NCBI RefSeq assembly: GCF_025465255.1
Contig: NZ_JAODNI010000113.1
Span: forward strand, 15-64,014
Direction of reading: 5' to 3'
DNA from: Pseudonocardia sp.
GTDB lineage: Bacteria > Actinomycetota > Actinomycetes > Mycobacteriales > Pseudonocardiaceae
DNA: 64,000 nucleotides
Each line of letters begins with the position of its first letter. Position 1 is the stretch's first letter. Under the pieces are notes generated by a model. That model saw only the letters and a program-made list of their open reading frames with translations. It was not told the DNA's origin and searched no databases. Below are positions 27,181-37,767 of the stretch, one piece after another. The translations under genes were made by a program, and so were the position numbers.

Positions 27181-27227
27181 GCTCGAGTGGCTCGAGCGTC
27201 AACCACCGCCGCTCGAGCCACTCGAGC
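27181..27227. terminator. perfect 18-bp stem / 11-nt loop hairpin between convergent operons
   Basis: GCTCGAGTGGCTCGAGCG (27181-27198) pairs with CGCTCGAGCCACTCGAGC (27210-27227). It sits 13 nt after stop 27168 and 34 nt before the stop at 27261. Confidence 0.7.
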
Positions 27228-27260
27228 GGCGGCTAGCAGGCGGCGGGCTCCGACGTCCCG

Positions 27261-27434
27261 TCAGTCGTCCTCGTCGTCGCGCGCGAGGAAGGTCGCGAGG
27301 CGTTCCACCGCGTCCTCGAACGCGGGGTTCAGGTCGACGAACGTGCGGAGCCGGGCGGCCAGCCACTCCACGCTGACCGCCTCCTCCCCGCGCCGCTCGA
27401 CGAGCTCCTCGATGCCGCGGTCGGTGAAGTACAC
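27261..27434 (-). CDS. 57-aa conserved small protein (DUF6104-like), coupled to kgd
   Basis: It is not in the ORF track (<60 aa). GTG 27434 lies 9 nt after the kgd stop. VYFTDRGIEELVERRGEEAVSVEWLAARLRTFVDLNPAFEDAVERLATFLARDDEDD* has high GC3 and resembles, from memory, a small actinobacterial family. Confidence 0.6.
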   Translation of the reverse strand: MYFTDRGIEELVERRGEEAVSVEWLAARLRTFVDLNPAFEDAVERLATFLARDDEDD

Positions 27435-27443
27435 GCCGACGGC

Positions 27444-30400
27444 CTAGCTGAAGGCCTTGGCGATCAGCTCGCGCTGCTCGACCTCGTGCACCTTCGACGA
27501 CCCGGGGGCCGGCGCGGCCATCCGGCGACGCGAGATACGGGTCAGCCCCGACAGGCGCTCCGGCAGCTTCTCCGGGAGCTCGAGGCCCATGTGCGGCCAC
27601 GCGCCCTGGTTCGCCGGCTCCTCCTGGACCCAGCGGACCTGCTTCGCGTTCGGGTACCGCTCCAGCACCGCGGCGAGCTGCCGGTCCGGGACCGGGTAGA
27701 GCTGCTCGACGCGGACGATCGCGACGTTGTCGATGTCCTGCTTCTCCCGGTGCTGCGCGAGCTCCCAGTAGATCTTGCCGCTGCACAGCAGAACCTTCTG
27801 GATCGAGGTGGCGGGGCCGTCGTCGGTGCGGTAGCGCGGGTCGTCGATCACCGGGCGGAACCGGCCGCCGGTGAAGTCCGAGACGGGCGAGACGACCGCC
27901 TTGTTCCGCAGCATCGACTTCGGGGTGAAGACGACGAGCGGGCGGCGGACGCCGTCGAGGGCCTGCCGGCGCAGCAGGTGGAAGTAGTTCGCCGGCTCCG
28001 ACGGCAGCGCCACCGTCATCGAACCCTCGGCGCACAGCTGCAGGAAGCGCTCGATGCGCCCCGAGCTGTGGTCCGGGCCCTGGCCCTCGAGGCCGTGCGG
28101 CAGCAGCAGCACCACGTCCGACATCTGGCCCCACTTGGCCTCACCGGACGAGATGAACTCGTCGATGATCGACTGGGCGCCGTTGACGAAGTCCCCGAAC
28201 TGGGCCTCCCACAGCACCAGCGCGTTCGGGTTCGCCACCGAGTAGCCGTACTCGAAGCCGACCGCCGCGAACTCCGACAGCGCCGAGTCGTAGGCCATGA
28301 AACGGCCCTGGTCCTCGGCGAGGTTGCGCAGCGGGGTGTACTCCTCGCCGGTCTTGCGGTCGATGAGCACCGAGTGCCGCTGCACGAACGTGCCGCGCCG
28401 CGTGTCCTGCCCGGAGAGCCGGACCAGCTTGCCGTCCATGGCCAGCGAGCCGAACGCGAGCAGCTCGCCGAAGGCCCAGTCGATGTCGCCCTCGCGCGAC
28501 ATCTTCGCGCGCTTCTGCAGCACCGGCTTGACGCGCTGGTGGGGGGTGAAGCCCTCCGGCAGGTTGGCGTGCACGTCGCCGATGCGGTGCACGACCTCCA
28601 GCGTGACGGACGTGTCCAGGTCGCTCGGGACGAGCTGTTCCTGCTCCACCGACGACGAGACGGCGGGCGGGGTCTTCTCCAGCTCCCGGACCTCGTTGAA
28701 GACGTGCTCGAGCTGGTTGGAGAAGTCCTTGAGCGCGTGCTCGGCCTCCTCCATGGTGATGTCGCCACGGCCGATCAGCGACTCGGTGTAGATCTTGCGG
28801 ACGCTGCGCTTGGCGTCGATCACGTCGTACATCGCCGGCTGCGTCATCGAAGGGTCGTCACCCTCGTTGTGGCCGCGGCGGCGGTAACAGATCATGTCGA
28901 TCACGACGTCGTTGTTCCACCGCTCGCGGTACTCGACCGCCAGCTTGGCGACCCAGACGCAGGCCTCCGGGTCGTCGCCGTTCACGTGGAAGACCGGCGC
29001 GCCGATCATCTTCGCGACGTCCGTCGAGTACTGCGACGAGCGCGACGCCTCCGGGGCGGTGGTGAAGCCGACCTGGTTGTTGACGACGACGTGCACGGTG
29101 CCGCCCGTGCGGTAGCCGCGCAGCAGCGCGAGGTTCAGCGTCTCCGCCACCACGCCCTGCCCGGCGAACGCCGCGTCGCCGTGCATCATCAGCGGCAGCA
29201 CGGTGAACGCGCCGTCGCCCTTGTCCAGGATGTCCTGCTTGGCGCGGACGATGCCCTCGAGCACCGGGTCCACGGCCTCCAGATGCGACGGGTTGGACGC
29301 CAGAGAGACGACGACCTCGCCGTCGCCGAACATCCGGAAGTACTTGCCCTCGGCGCCCAGGTGGTACTTGACGTCGCCGGAGCCGTGCGCCTGACCCGGG
29401 TCCAGGTTGCCCTCGAACTCGCGGAAGATCTGGCTGATGGGCTTGCCGACGATGTTGGCGAGCACGTTGAGCCGGCCGCGGTGCGGCATGCCGATGACGA
29501 CCTCGTCGAGCTCGTACTCGGCGGCCTTGTCCAGCACGGCGTCCAGCAGCGGGATGACGGTCTCGCCGCCCTCGAGCGAGAACCGCTTCTGCCCGACGTA
29601 CTTGGTCTGCAGGAAGGTCTCGAACGCCTCGGCCGCGTTGAGCTTGCTGAGCACGTACTTCTGCTCGACGACCGAAGGCTTCTGGTGCGGGACCTCGATG
29701 CGCTCCTGCAGCCAGGCGCGCTGCTCGGGGTCCGCGATGTGCATGTACTCGGTGCCGACGGTGCGGCAGTAGGAGTCCCGGAGCAGACCCAGGACGTCCC
29801 GGAGCTTCATGTGCTTCTTGCCGCCGAAGCCGCCGACGGCGAACTCGCGGTCCAGGTCCCAGAGGGTGAGGCCGTGGCTGAGCACGTCCAGGTCCGGGTG
29901 CCGGCGCTGGCGGTAGTTCAGCGGGTCCGTGTCCGCCATCAGGTGCCCGCGGGTGCGGTAGGACTCGATCAGCTCGAGGATGCGCGCGGTCTTGTCGACC
30001 TCGCCCTCGGGGATGTCCTGCACCCAGCGGACGGGCTCGTAGGGGACCCGCAGCGACGTGAAGATCTCGTCGTAGAAGCCGTCCCCGCCGAGGAGCAGGT
30101 GGTGGATCCGGCGCAGGAAGTCACCGGACTCCGCGCCCTGGATGATCCGGTGGTCATAGGTCGACGTCAGCGTGATGATCTTGCTGATGCCGAGTGTCGC
30201 GAGCCGTTCCTCGCTGGCGCCCTGGAACTCGGCCGGGTACTCCATCGCCCCGACGCCGATGATCGTGCCCTGCCCCTGCATCAGCCGCGGCACCGAGTGG
30301 TTGGTGCCCAGCGTGCCCGGGTTGGTGAGGCTGATCGTGGTGCCGGCGAAGTCCTCCGCGGTCAGGTTCCCGCCGCGTGCCTTGTGCACGATGCCCTCGT

Positions 30401-31229
30401 AGGCCGACCAGAACTGCGCGAACGTCATGTTCTCGCAGCCCTTGATCGACACGACCACGAGCGAGCGCTGGCCGTTCCTGCCGGGCAGGTCGATGGCCAG
30501 GCCGAGGTTGACGTGCTCGGGCTGTACGACGGTCGGCTTGCCGTCCGTCTCGACGAAGTGCCGGTTCATCACCGGGAAGTCCGCCATCGCCTTCACCACG
30601 GCGTAGCCGATGAGGTGGGTGAAGGAGATCTTGCCGCCGCGGGTGCGCTGCAGCTGGTTGTTGATGACGATCCGGTTGTCCGCCAGCAGCTTGGCGGGCA
30701 CGGCGCGGACGCTCGTCGCGGTGGGGACCGCGAGGGAGGCGTTCATGTTCTTGACGACCGCGTTCGCGGCGCCGCGGAGCGGGGTCACCTCGCCGTCGCT
30801 GCCGATGGGCGCGGGCTTGGCGGCCTGGGAGGTGCTGCCGGCGGCGGGCTTCTGGGGGGCCTTCGGCGGGACGGGCTTCGTGGCGGCGGAACCGTTGGAG
30901 CCGGTCTTCTGTGGCACGGTGGAGCTGGCGGCGGCGGCGGACACGTCCTGCTTTCCGGTCGGGGTGGAGGTCTTCTCGGCGGTCTTCGGCGACGTGGTCG
31001 ACGCGTCCTGCTGCTCGGCGTCCTGCTCCTCGGCAGCCGGGGACTCGTCGTCGGCGTCGTCCGCTCCGATGTCGGAGAGGCCGCCGCCCGGCCGGTAGTC
31101 CGCGAAGAAGTCGTGCCACGCCGGGTCGACCCCGTTCGGGTCCTCGAGGAAGCGCTGGTACATCTCCTCGACGAGCCACTCGTTGGGACCGAACTGTTCC
31201 GTTGGGCTTGACGTACTGCTGGTGGACAC
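27444..31229 (-). CDS. kgd: multifunctional 2-oxoglutarate decarboxylase/dehydrogenase E1 with E2-like domain (Kgd/SucA)
   Basis: An in-frame GTG at 31229 gives [42 protein letters not shown], the canonical actinobacterial Kgd N-terminus. A succinyltransferase-like domain and TPP-binding E1 body follow, for 1261 aa. The track start at 31358 is probably too far upstream. Confidence 0.92.
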   Translation of the reverse strand: MSTSSTSSPTEQFGPNEWLVEEMYQRFLEDPNGVDPAWHDFFADYRPGGGLSDIGADDADDESPAAEEQDAEQQDASTTSPKTAEKTSTPTGKQDVSAAAASSTVPQKTGSNGSAATKPVPPKAPQKPAAGSTSQAAKPAPIGSDGEVTPLRGAANAVVKNMNASLAVPTATSVRAVPAKLLADNRIVINNQLQRTRGGKISFTHLIGYAVVKAMADFPVMNRHFVETDGKPTVVQPEHVNLGLAIDLPGRNGQRSLVVVSIKGCENMTFAQFWSAYEGIVHKARGGNLTAEDFAGTTISLTNPGTLGTNHSVPRLMQGQGTIIGVGAMEYPAEFQGASEERLATLGISKIITLTSTYDHRIIQGAESGDFLRRIHHLLLGGDGFYDEIFTSLRVPYEPVRWVQDIPEGEVDKTARILELIESYRTRGHLMADTDPLNYRQRRHPDLDVLSHGLTLWDLDREFAVGGFGGKKHMKLRDVLGLLRDSYCRTVGTEYMHIADPEQRAWLQERIEVPHQKPSVVEQKYVLSKLNAAEAFETFLQTKYVGQKRFSLEGGETVIPLLDAVLDKAAEYELDEVVIGMPHRGRLNVLANIVGKPISQIFREFEGNLDPGQAHGSGDVKYHLGAEGKYFRMFGDGEVVVSLASNPSHLEAVDPVLEGIVRAKQDILDKGDGAFTVLPLMMHGDAAFAGQGVVAETLNLALLRGYRTGGTVHVVVNNQVGFTTAPEASRSSQYSTDVAKMIGAPVFHVNGDDPEACVWVAKLAVEYRERWNNDVVIDMICYRRRGHNEGDDPSMTQPAMYDVIDAKRSVRKIYTESLIGRGDITMEEAEHALKDFSNQLEHVFNEVRELEKTPPAVSSSVEQEQLVPSDLDTSVTLEVVHRIGDVHANLPEGFTPHQRVKPVLQKRAKMSREGDIDWAFGELLAFGSLAMDGKLVRLSGQDTRRGTFVQRHSVLIDRKTGEEYTPLRNLAEDQGRFMAYDSALSEFAAVGFEYGYSVANPNALVLWEAQFGDFVNGAQSIIDEFISSGEAKWGQMSDVVLLLPHGLEGQGPDHSSGRIERFLQLCAEGSMTVALPSEPANYFHLLRRQALDGVRRPLVVFTPKSMLRNKAVVSPVSDFTGGRFRPVIDDPRYRTDDGPATSIQKVLLCSGKIYWELAQHREKQDIDNVAIVRVEQLYPVPDRQLAAVLERYPNAKQVRWVQEEPANQGAWPHMGLELPEKLPERLSGLTRISRRRMAAPAPGSSKVHEVEQRELIAKAFS

Positions 31230-31364
31230 GCTGTCAACCGCCTTGGTTCCGCTAATGTGTCGGGTCGCCGACGACCGGGGACCAGGGTAGTCCCCGCACC
31301 GGATCACGGGGTACCGCGCCAGGGGGATCACACAAACCTGGTGGGGGCACCGACGCACGCCGAG

Positions 31365-32210
31365 TCAGAAGACGGGCAGCGCGCCGATACCCGGTACGAC
31401 CGCGGTCCGGACCGCCGTCTCGGCGATCACGGTGCCCACCGTCAGCCCGCAGGAGGAGTCCCGGCGCAGGGTGTCCCGCTCGCCGGCGTACTGCCCGTCG
31501 ACGGGATCGACCAGGAGCTCGGTGCGGGTGGGCCCGTCGTCGTGCACGAGGGCGGCGCACAGGTTGCCGTCGAGGTCCTTCACCTCGTCGACGACCGTCA
31601 CCGCCGGCAGCAGCAGCAGCGCGGCGAAGAGGGCCTCGCGCAGGTCCGCCGGCACGGTGCAGGTGCGCAGCGTGTCCACCGCCGCCCGGAACGGGCCGGT
31701 GTAGGTGCGCTGCGGCACGTCCTCGCGCAGGCGGGCGATCAGCCCGTCCGGGTCCCGCGGCAGCAGCGCGAGGAACTCGGGGGTGGGCGCCGCCCAGCCG
31801 CCGGTCGGACGGCGCGGCGAGGTCTCGTTGAGCTCGGCGTAGAAGTCCCCGTAGGGCGCCCGGAACCGGCCGCTGGGCCAGTGGTCGTTCAGGTCGAACC
31901 CCTCGGAGACGGCATCGTCCCCGGAGCCGGCGAGCCAGGTGACGCGGCCGGTGAGCTCGCGGTCGAGCAGCCAGTCCGCGTCCCGGTCCACCGGCGTCCA
32001 CTGCTGGATCAGGTGCTCCGAGAGATGGACGTGGATCGTCTCCGCGGTGGCGAACGTACCCATCCACCACGCGTGGGTAGCGATGTACCGGTACTGCTCC
32101 GCTGTGAGCGGCTCGTCTGCGGTACGGACGAACGGGACGGGCACCAGGTTGCTCCCGCGGGTCGGTGAACGGGACGGGTCGGCCCACACATTGTGGAACG
32201 GGCCCGACAC
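31365..32210 (-). CDS. hypothetical protein
   Basis: The 281-aa ORF has coding-like composition and high GC3. I recognise no motif, and the start is uncertain. Confidence 0.5.
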   Translation of the reverse strand: MSGPFHNVWADPSRSPTRGSNLVPVPFVRTADEPLTAEQYRYIATHAWWMGTFATAETIHVHLSEHLIQQWTPVDRDADWLLDRELTGRVTWLAGSGDDAVSEGFDLNDHWPSGRFRAPYGDFYAELNETSPRRPTGGWAAPTPEFLALLPRDPDGLIARLREDVPQRTYTGPFRAAVDTLRTCTVPADLREALFAALLLLPAVTVVDEVKDLDGNLCAALVHDDGPTRTELLVDPVDGQYAGERDTLRRDSSCGLTVGTVIAETAVRTAVVPGIGALPVF

Positions 32211-32262
32211 GGCCCGTCACACCACCCCCACCCCGCGAATCACCCGCGGGGGTGCCCACCTC

Positions 32263-33294
<1,032 letters not shown>

Positions 33295-33329
33295 CCGACG
33301 GAGGTTACCGGCGAGTCAACGTGAGCGCC

Positions 33330-34886
33330 CTACACGACGGTCCGCTCCCGGCCCGCCCAGTAGGGTGCCCGGAGGTCCTTCTTGAGGATCTTGCCCGTGG
33401 GGTTGCGGGGGAGCTCGTCCACCATCTCGACGCTCGCGGGGCACTTGAACGACGCGAGCTGTGCGCGGCAGTACGCGAGGATCTCCTCCTGGTCCACCCG
33501 CGCGCCCGCCGCCGCGACGACGATCGCCTTCGGCACCTCGCCCCACCGCTCGTCCGGCACGCCGATCACCGCGACGTCCGCGACGGCCGGGTGCTCGGCC
33601 AGAACCCGCTCGATCTCCGCGGGGTAGATGTTCTCGCCGCCGCTGATGATCATGTCCTTGATCCGGTCGGTCACGTAGACGTAGCCGTCGGCGTCGACGT
33701 GCCCGCCGTCGCCGGACCGCAGCCAGCCGTCCGGGGCGACGGCGGCCGCGGTCGCCTCGGGCCTGCGCCAGTAGCCGCTCATCAGCTGCGGGGTCCGGAC
33801 CCAGATCTCGCCGGGCTCGCCGGTCGGGACCGGCTCCCCGGTCGCGGGGTCCCGGATCTCGATCTCGACGCCGTGGATGGGCGTCCCGGCCGACACCAGC
33901 CGGTGCGCGGCGGCCGGGTCCTCGTGGTCGGCGGTCGGCAGCGTGCTCACCACGCCGCACGCCTCCGTCATCCCGTAGACCTGCGCGAGGGTGCCGGGGA
34001 ACAGGGCGAGGCTCGCCCGCATCACCGGCAGCGGCATCGGCGACGCACCGTAGGAGAGGACCTCCAGGGCCGAGTAGTCCCGGTCCGCCGCGCCGGGCAC
34101 CTGGGCCATCGCCGCCATCAGCGCGGGGACGAGGAACGTGTGCGTGATCCGCTCCCGCTCGAGCACCTCCAGCACGGCGGCGGGGTCCGGGACGCGCTGC
34201 AGCACGATCCGCGCGCCGTGGGTGAGCGCGACCAGCGCGTAGCTCGTGCCGCCGACGTGGAACAGCGGCATCGCGACCTGCACCGACGCGTCGGCGGTCA
34301 TCCCGAACTCCGCCGCGCTGTTGCGGGCGTGCTCGAGCAGGCCGCGGTGGGTCAGCATCGCGCCCTTGGGGAAGCCGGTGGTGCCCGAGGTGTAGAGCTG
34401 CACGACGCACTCGTCCGGCGCCGCGGGGTGCAGGTCCGGGTCCGGCTCGTGGGAGCTCAGCCAGGCCTCGAACTCGTCGTCCCCGCCGCCGACCCGCACG
34501 ACCCGCTCGACCGCCGTCAGCTTCTCCCGCACCTGCTCCACCGCCGGCGCGAACTCGGGCCCGACGAAGAGCAGCCGGGCCGCGGCGTCGTCGATCACGT
34601 GGACGATCTCGGGCGGCGCCAGCCGGAAGTTGACGACGGCGTTGGCGGCGCCGATCCGCGCGCACGCGAGCGTCAGCTCGATACAGGACGGATGGTTGAG
34701 GTCCAGCACCGCGACCCGGTCCCCGGGACCGATCCCCGCGGCCCGCAGCGCGCCCGCGAGGCGGCGCACCCGCTCGTCGAGCTCCGTCCAGGTCCGGGTG
34801 AGGTCGCCGAACCGCAGGACCTCGGCGTCGGGCCGCGCGGCCGTCCAGTGGGGGAGCAGGTCGGAGATCAGCGACACGTCGGTCAT
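33330..34886 (-). CDS. AMP-dependent acyl-CoA synthetase/ligase (FadD-like)
   Basis: ATG 34886 gives 518 aa with the AMP-binding motifs YTSGTTGFPKG, YGMTE and GWLRSGD...DRIKDMII. The longer track ORF (to 35675) is an upstream run-on. Confidence 0.9.
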   Translation of the reverse strand: MTDVSLISDLLPHWTAARPDAEVLRFGDLTRTWTELDERVRRLAGALRAAGIGPGDRVAVLDLNHPSCIELTLACARIGAANAVVNFRLAPPEIVHVIDDAAARLLFVGPEFAPAVEQVREKLTAVERVVRVGGGDDEFEAWLSSHEPDPDLHPAAPDECVVQLYTSGTTGFPKGAMLTHRGLLEHARNSAAEFGMTADASVQVAMPLFHVGGTSYALVALTHGARIVLQRVPDPAAVLEVLERERITHTFLVPALMAAMAQVPGAADRDYSALEVLSYGASPMPLPVMRASLALFPGTLAQVYGMTEACGVVSTLPTADHEDPAAAHRLVSAGTPIHGVEIEIRDPATGEPVPTGEPGEIWVRTPQLMSGYWRRPEATAAAVAPDGWLRSGDGGHVDADGYVYVTDRIKDMIISGGENIYPAEIERVLAEHPAVADVAVIGVPDERWGEVPKAIVVAAAGARVDQEEILAYCRAQLASFKCPASVEMVDELPRNPTGKILKKDLRAPYWAGRERTVV

Positions 34887-35054
34887 GGAGGACTCCTCGA
34901 CGGCGGGGTGTGGTCGGGGCCACACGACTCGGCGGATCGTAGCGTCCGGCGCAGTCCTCGGAACGGGACGAATCCGGCGAGCCGGCCGCCCGGATGCGCC
35001 GACGGGCGCGGCGGTGGGCAGGATGGAGCCGCATCGACGATCGGGGGGCGACGC

Positions 35055-35963
35055 GTGCAGGACCACTCCGGGCGGATCGCCGTCGACGGCCTGAGCAAGC
35101 GGTTCGGCACCGTCGAGGCGGTCCGCGACCTCGGGTTCACCGTCGAGCCGGGACTGGTCACCGGGTTCCTCGGACCCAACGGCTCCGGCAAGACCACGAC
35201 CCTGCGGATGATCCTCGGGCTGGTCGTGCCGACGTCCGGCACCGCGCTCGTCGAGGGCGTCCCCTTCGAGACCCTCGGCTCGCCCGGCCGCGTCCTCGGC
35301 GCCGTGCTCGAGGCGCAGGGCTTCCACCCCTCCCGCACCGCGCGCCGCCATCTGCTGGTGTGCGCGGCCGCGATCGGGGTGCCGGACCGGCGCGTCGACG
35401 AGGTGCTCGGCCTGGTCGGGCTCGCCGTGGACGCCGACCGCGGGGTCGGCGGCTACTCCCTCGGCATGAAGCAGCGCCTCGCGCTCGCGACCGCGCTGCT
35501 CGGCGACCCCCGGATCCTCGTCCTCGACGAGCCGGGCAACGGCCTGGACCCGGCCGGCATCGCCTGGCTGCGGGACTTCCTGCGCGGGTTCGCCCGCAGC
35601 GGCCGCAGCGTGCTCGTGTCCAGCCACCAGCTCGCCGAGATCGGGCAGAGCGCGGACCGGGTCGTGGTGATCCACCGCGGCGCGTGCGTCTACCAGGGCG
35701 AGCTGGCGGGGCTCGGCGGCGGTCGCCGGGGGCGGGTGCTCGTGCGCTGCGCGGAGCCGGTGACGCTCGCGCAGGCGCTGGTCGCGAAGGGACTGATGGA
35801 GGTGGACACGCTGCCGGACGGACGGCTCGCGGTGGGGGGCGCCGACGCGGTGCTGGTCGGGGACACGGCGCTGGCGGCGGGGGTCGCGGTGTACGGGTTG
35901 GTGGAGGAGCAGGTGGATCTGGAACAGCTGTTCCTGCAGCTCACCGGGGGTGTCGCCGGATGA
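35055..35963 (+). CDS. ABC transporter ATP-binding protein (ABC-2/DrrA-like)
   Basis: GTG 35055 gives Walker A GPNGSGKTT, signature YSLGMKQRLALA and Walker B LVLDEPGNGLD. The product is 302 aa. Confidence 0.85.
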   Translation: MQDHSGRIAVDGLSKRFGTVEAVRDLGFTVEPGLVTGFLGPNGSGKTTTLRMILGLVVPTSGTALVEGVPFETLGSPGRVLGAVLEAQGFHPSRTARRHLLVCAAAIGVPDRRVDEVLGLVGLAVDADRGVGGYSLGMKQRLALATALLGDPRILVLDEPGNGLDPAGIAWLRDFLRGFARSGRSVLVSSHQLAEIGQSADRVVVIHRGACVYQGELAGLGGGRRGRVLVRCAEPVTLAQALVAKGLMEVDTLPDGRLAVGGADAVLVGDTALAAGVAVYGLVEEQVDLEQLFLQLTGGVAG

Positions 35964-36814
35964 TCGCGCCGACCGCGTCCCGGATGCTGCGGGCCGAGCT
36001 CCGGCGGACGACCTCGGTCCGCATGTGGTGGGCGCTGCTGATCCCGGTCGTCCTGCTGGCGCTGTCGATCAACGTGTTCGGCGGCGTCTTCAGCTCGTCG
36101 CTCTCGGGGCTCGGCGGGGAGACGCCCGGGGTCCTGCTCGCGTCGCTGGCCTACTCCCTCTCGCTCGGCAGCGTGTTCGCCGCCGTGCACGGCGCGGTGC
36201 AGGCGTCGGGGGAGTTCCGGCACCGGACGATCACCACCACGTACCTCACCGGCGGGCGCGTCCCCGTGCTGCTGGCCCGCTGCGCGGTCGGCGCGGCCGT
36301 CGGCGCCGTCTACGCGCTGGGGACCCTCGCGTTCGGGCTGGTGGCGGGCCTGTTCGGGCAGGGCAGCGCGACGTTCCCGTCGCCCGGGCCGCTGTTCGGG
36401 CTGATCGGCTCCGGGATCGCCGTCTGCGCCCTGTGGGCCGTGCTCGGGGTGGCCGTCGGGACGCTCGTGACGAACCAGGCCGGCGCGGTCGTGCTGCTGC
36501 TCGTCTACGTCCTGGCGATCGAGAACGTGCTGTCGCTGATCCTGAGGTCGGGCGCGGACGCCGGCCTCGGCACCGGCCCGCCGGCGATCGCCCGGATCAC
36601 CTCCTACCTGCCCGGGAACGCCGCGGACGTCGCGCTCTACGACATCCCGGCCGTCGAGCTCGCGGGCCCGCGCTACGGCAACCAGGCCGTCGAGAGCCTG
36701 GCGGGGGTGGCGTCGCCGCCGCCCGGCTGGGCGTGCCTGATCGTCCTCGCGCTCTGGGCGGGGGCGGGCGTCGCGGCGGCCTGGGTGGTGGGGGCCCGCC
36801 GCGACGTCACCTGA
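35960..36814 (+). CDS. ABC-2 type transporter permease
   Basis: ATG 35960 overlaps the ATPase stop (ATGA). The 284-aa product has about 6 TM. Confidence 0.75.
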   Translation: MIAPTASRMLRAELRRTTSVRMWWALLIPVVLLALSINVFGGVFSSSLSGLGGETPGVLLASLAYSLSLGSVFAAVHGAVQASGEFRHRTITTTYLTGGRVPVLLARCAVGAAVGAVYALGTLAFGLVAGLFGQGSATFPSPGPLFGLIGSGIAVCALWAVLGVAVGTLVTNQAGAVVLLLVYVLAIENVLSLILRSGADAGLGTGPPAIARITSYLPGNAADVALYDIPAVELAGPRYGNQAVESLAGVASPPPGWACLIVLALWAGAGVAAAWVVGARRDVT

Positions 36815-36833
36815 GCCCTCCTGCGGCGGAGTC

Positions 36834-37667
36834 TCAGACGCCGGTGTTCATCGTGTCCGGGTCCGGGCCGATGCGGCCGCCGTTGTCCAGGGCGTCGATC
36901 ACGGCGAGGTCGTCGGCGTCGAGCTCGAAGCCGAGGACGTCGAAGTTCTCGGCGATCCGCGACGGCGTCACGGACTTCGGGATGACGACGTTGCCGAGCT
37001 GCAGGTGCCAGCGCAGGATCACCTGCGCCGGGGTCCTCCCGTGCTTCGCCGCGAGCTTCGCGACCACCGGGTCCTCCAGCAGGCCGCCGCGGGCGAGCGG
37101 GCTCCACGCCTCGGTGGCGATGCCGTGCTCGGCGTGGAAGGCGCGCAGCTCGGCCTGCGGCAGGTTCGGGTGCAGCTCGATCTGGTTGATCGCGGGCGTC
37201 ACCCCGGTCTCGTCGAGGAGCCGCTGCAGGTGCGGCACTCCGAAGTTGGAGACGCCGACCGCGCGGGCCCGTCCCGAGGCGTGGATCTCCTGCAACGCGC
37301 GCCAGCTGTCGACGTAGCGGTCCGCACCGGGCGCGGGCCAGTGGATCAGGTAGAGGTCGACGTGGTCGAGCCCGAGCCGCTCGAGGCTCGCGTCGAACGC
37401 CTTGAGGGCGGCGTCCCGGCCCTGGTCGGAGTTCCAGAGCTTGGTGGCGATGAAGAGGTCGTCGCGCGCGATGCCGGACCTCGCGATCGCGGTGCCGACC
37501 TCGCCCTCGTTCTCGTAGATCCGGGCGGTGTCGACGTGCCGGTAGCCGGTCTCCAGCGCGGTGCTCACCGACGCCTCGGTCTCGCCCGGCGGCACGAGGA
37601 AGACGCCGAAGCCGAGCTGCGGGATCTCGACCCCGCCGGACAGGGTGACGGTGGGAATGTTGCTCAT
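36834..37667 (-). CDS. aldo/keto reductase
   Basis: ATG 37667 gives 277 aa with GYRHVDTARIYENE, LWNSD, DLYLIHWP and the IPKSVTPSRIAENF AKR signature. Confidence 0.9.
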   Translation of the reverse strand: MSNIPTVTLSGGVEIPQLGFGVFLVPPGETEASVSTALETGYRHVDTARIYENEGEVGTAIARSGIARDDLFIATKLWNSDQGRDAALKAFDASLERLGLDHVDLYLIHWPAPGADRYVDSWRALQEIHASGRARAVGVSNFGVPHLQRLLDETGVTPAINQIELHPNLPQAELRAFHAEHGIATEAWSPLARGGLLEDPVVAKLAAKHGRTPAQVILRWHLQLGNVVIPKSVTPSRIAENFDVLGFELDADDLAVIDALDNGGRIGPDPDTMNTGV

Positions 37668-37767
37668 GATCCGCCCAACCGGCGCTCCGGCGCCCGGCTT
37701 CCCGCCGGTGGCCGGGCTCACCACGGCCGGCCGGAGAGTGTCGGCGGCCGGGCATAACCTTCACAGC

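Noticed and set aside
37561-37767. Upstream extension of the fused ABC transporter ORF (track start 37561).
   Set aside because: The extension overlaps the aldo/keto reductase gene on the opposite strand and has non-protein-like composition. The in-frame GTG 37768 precedes the first recognisable transporter sequence.
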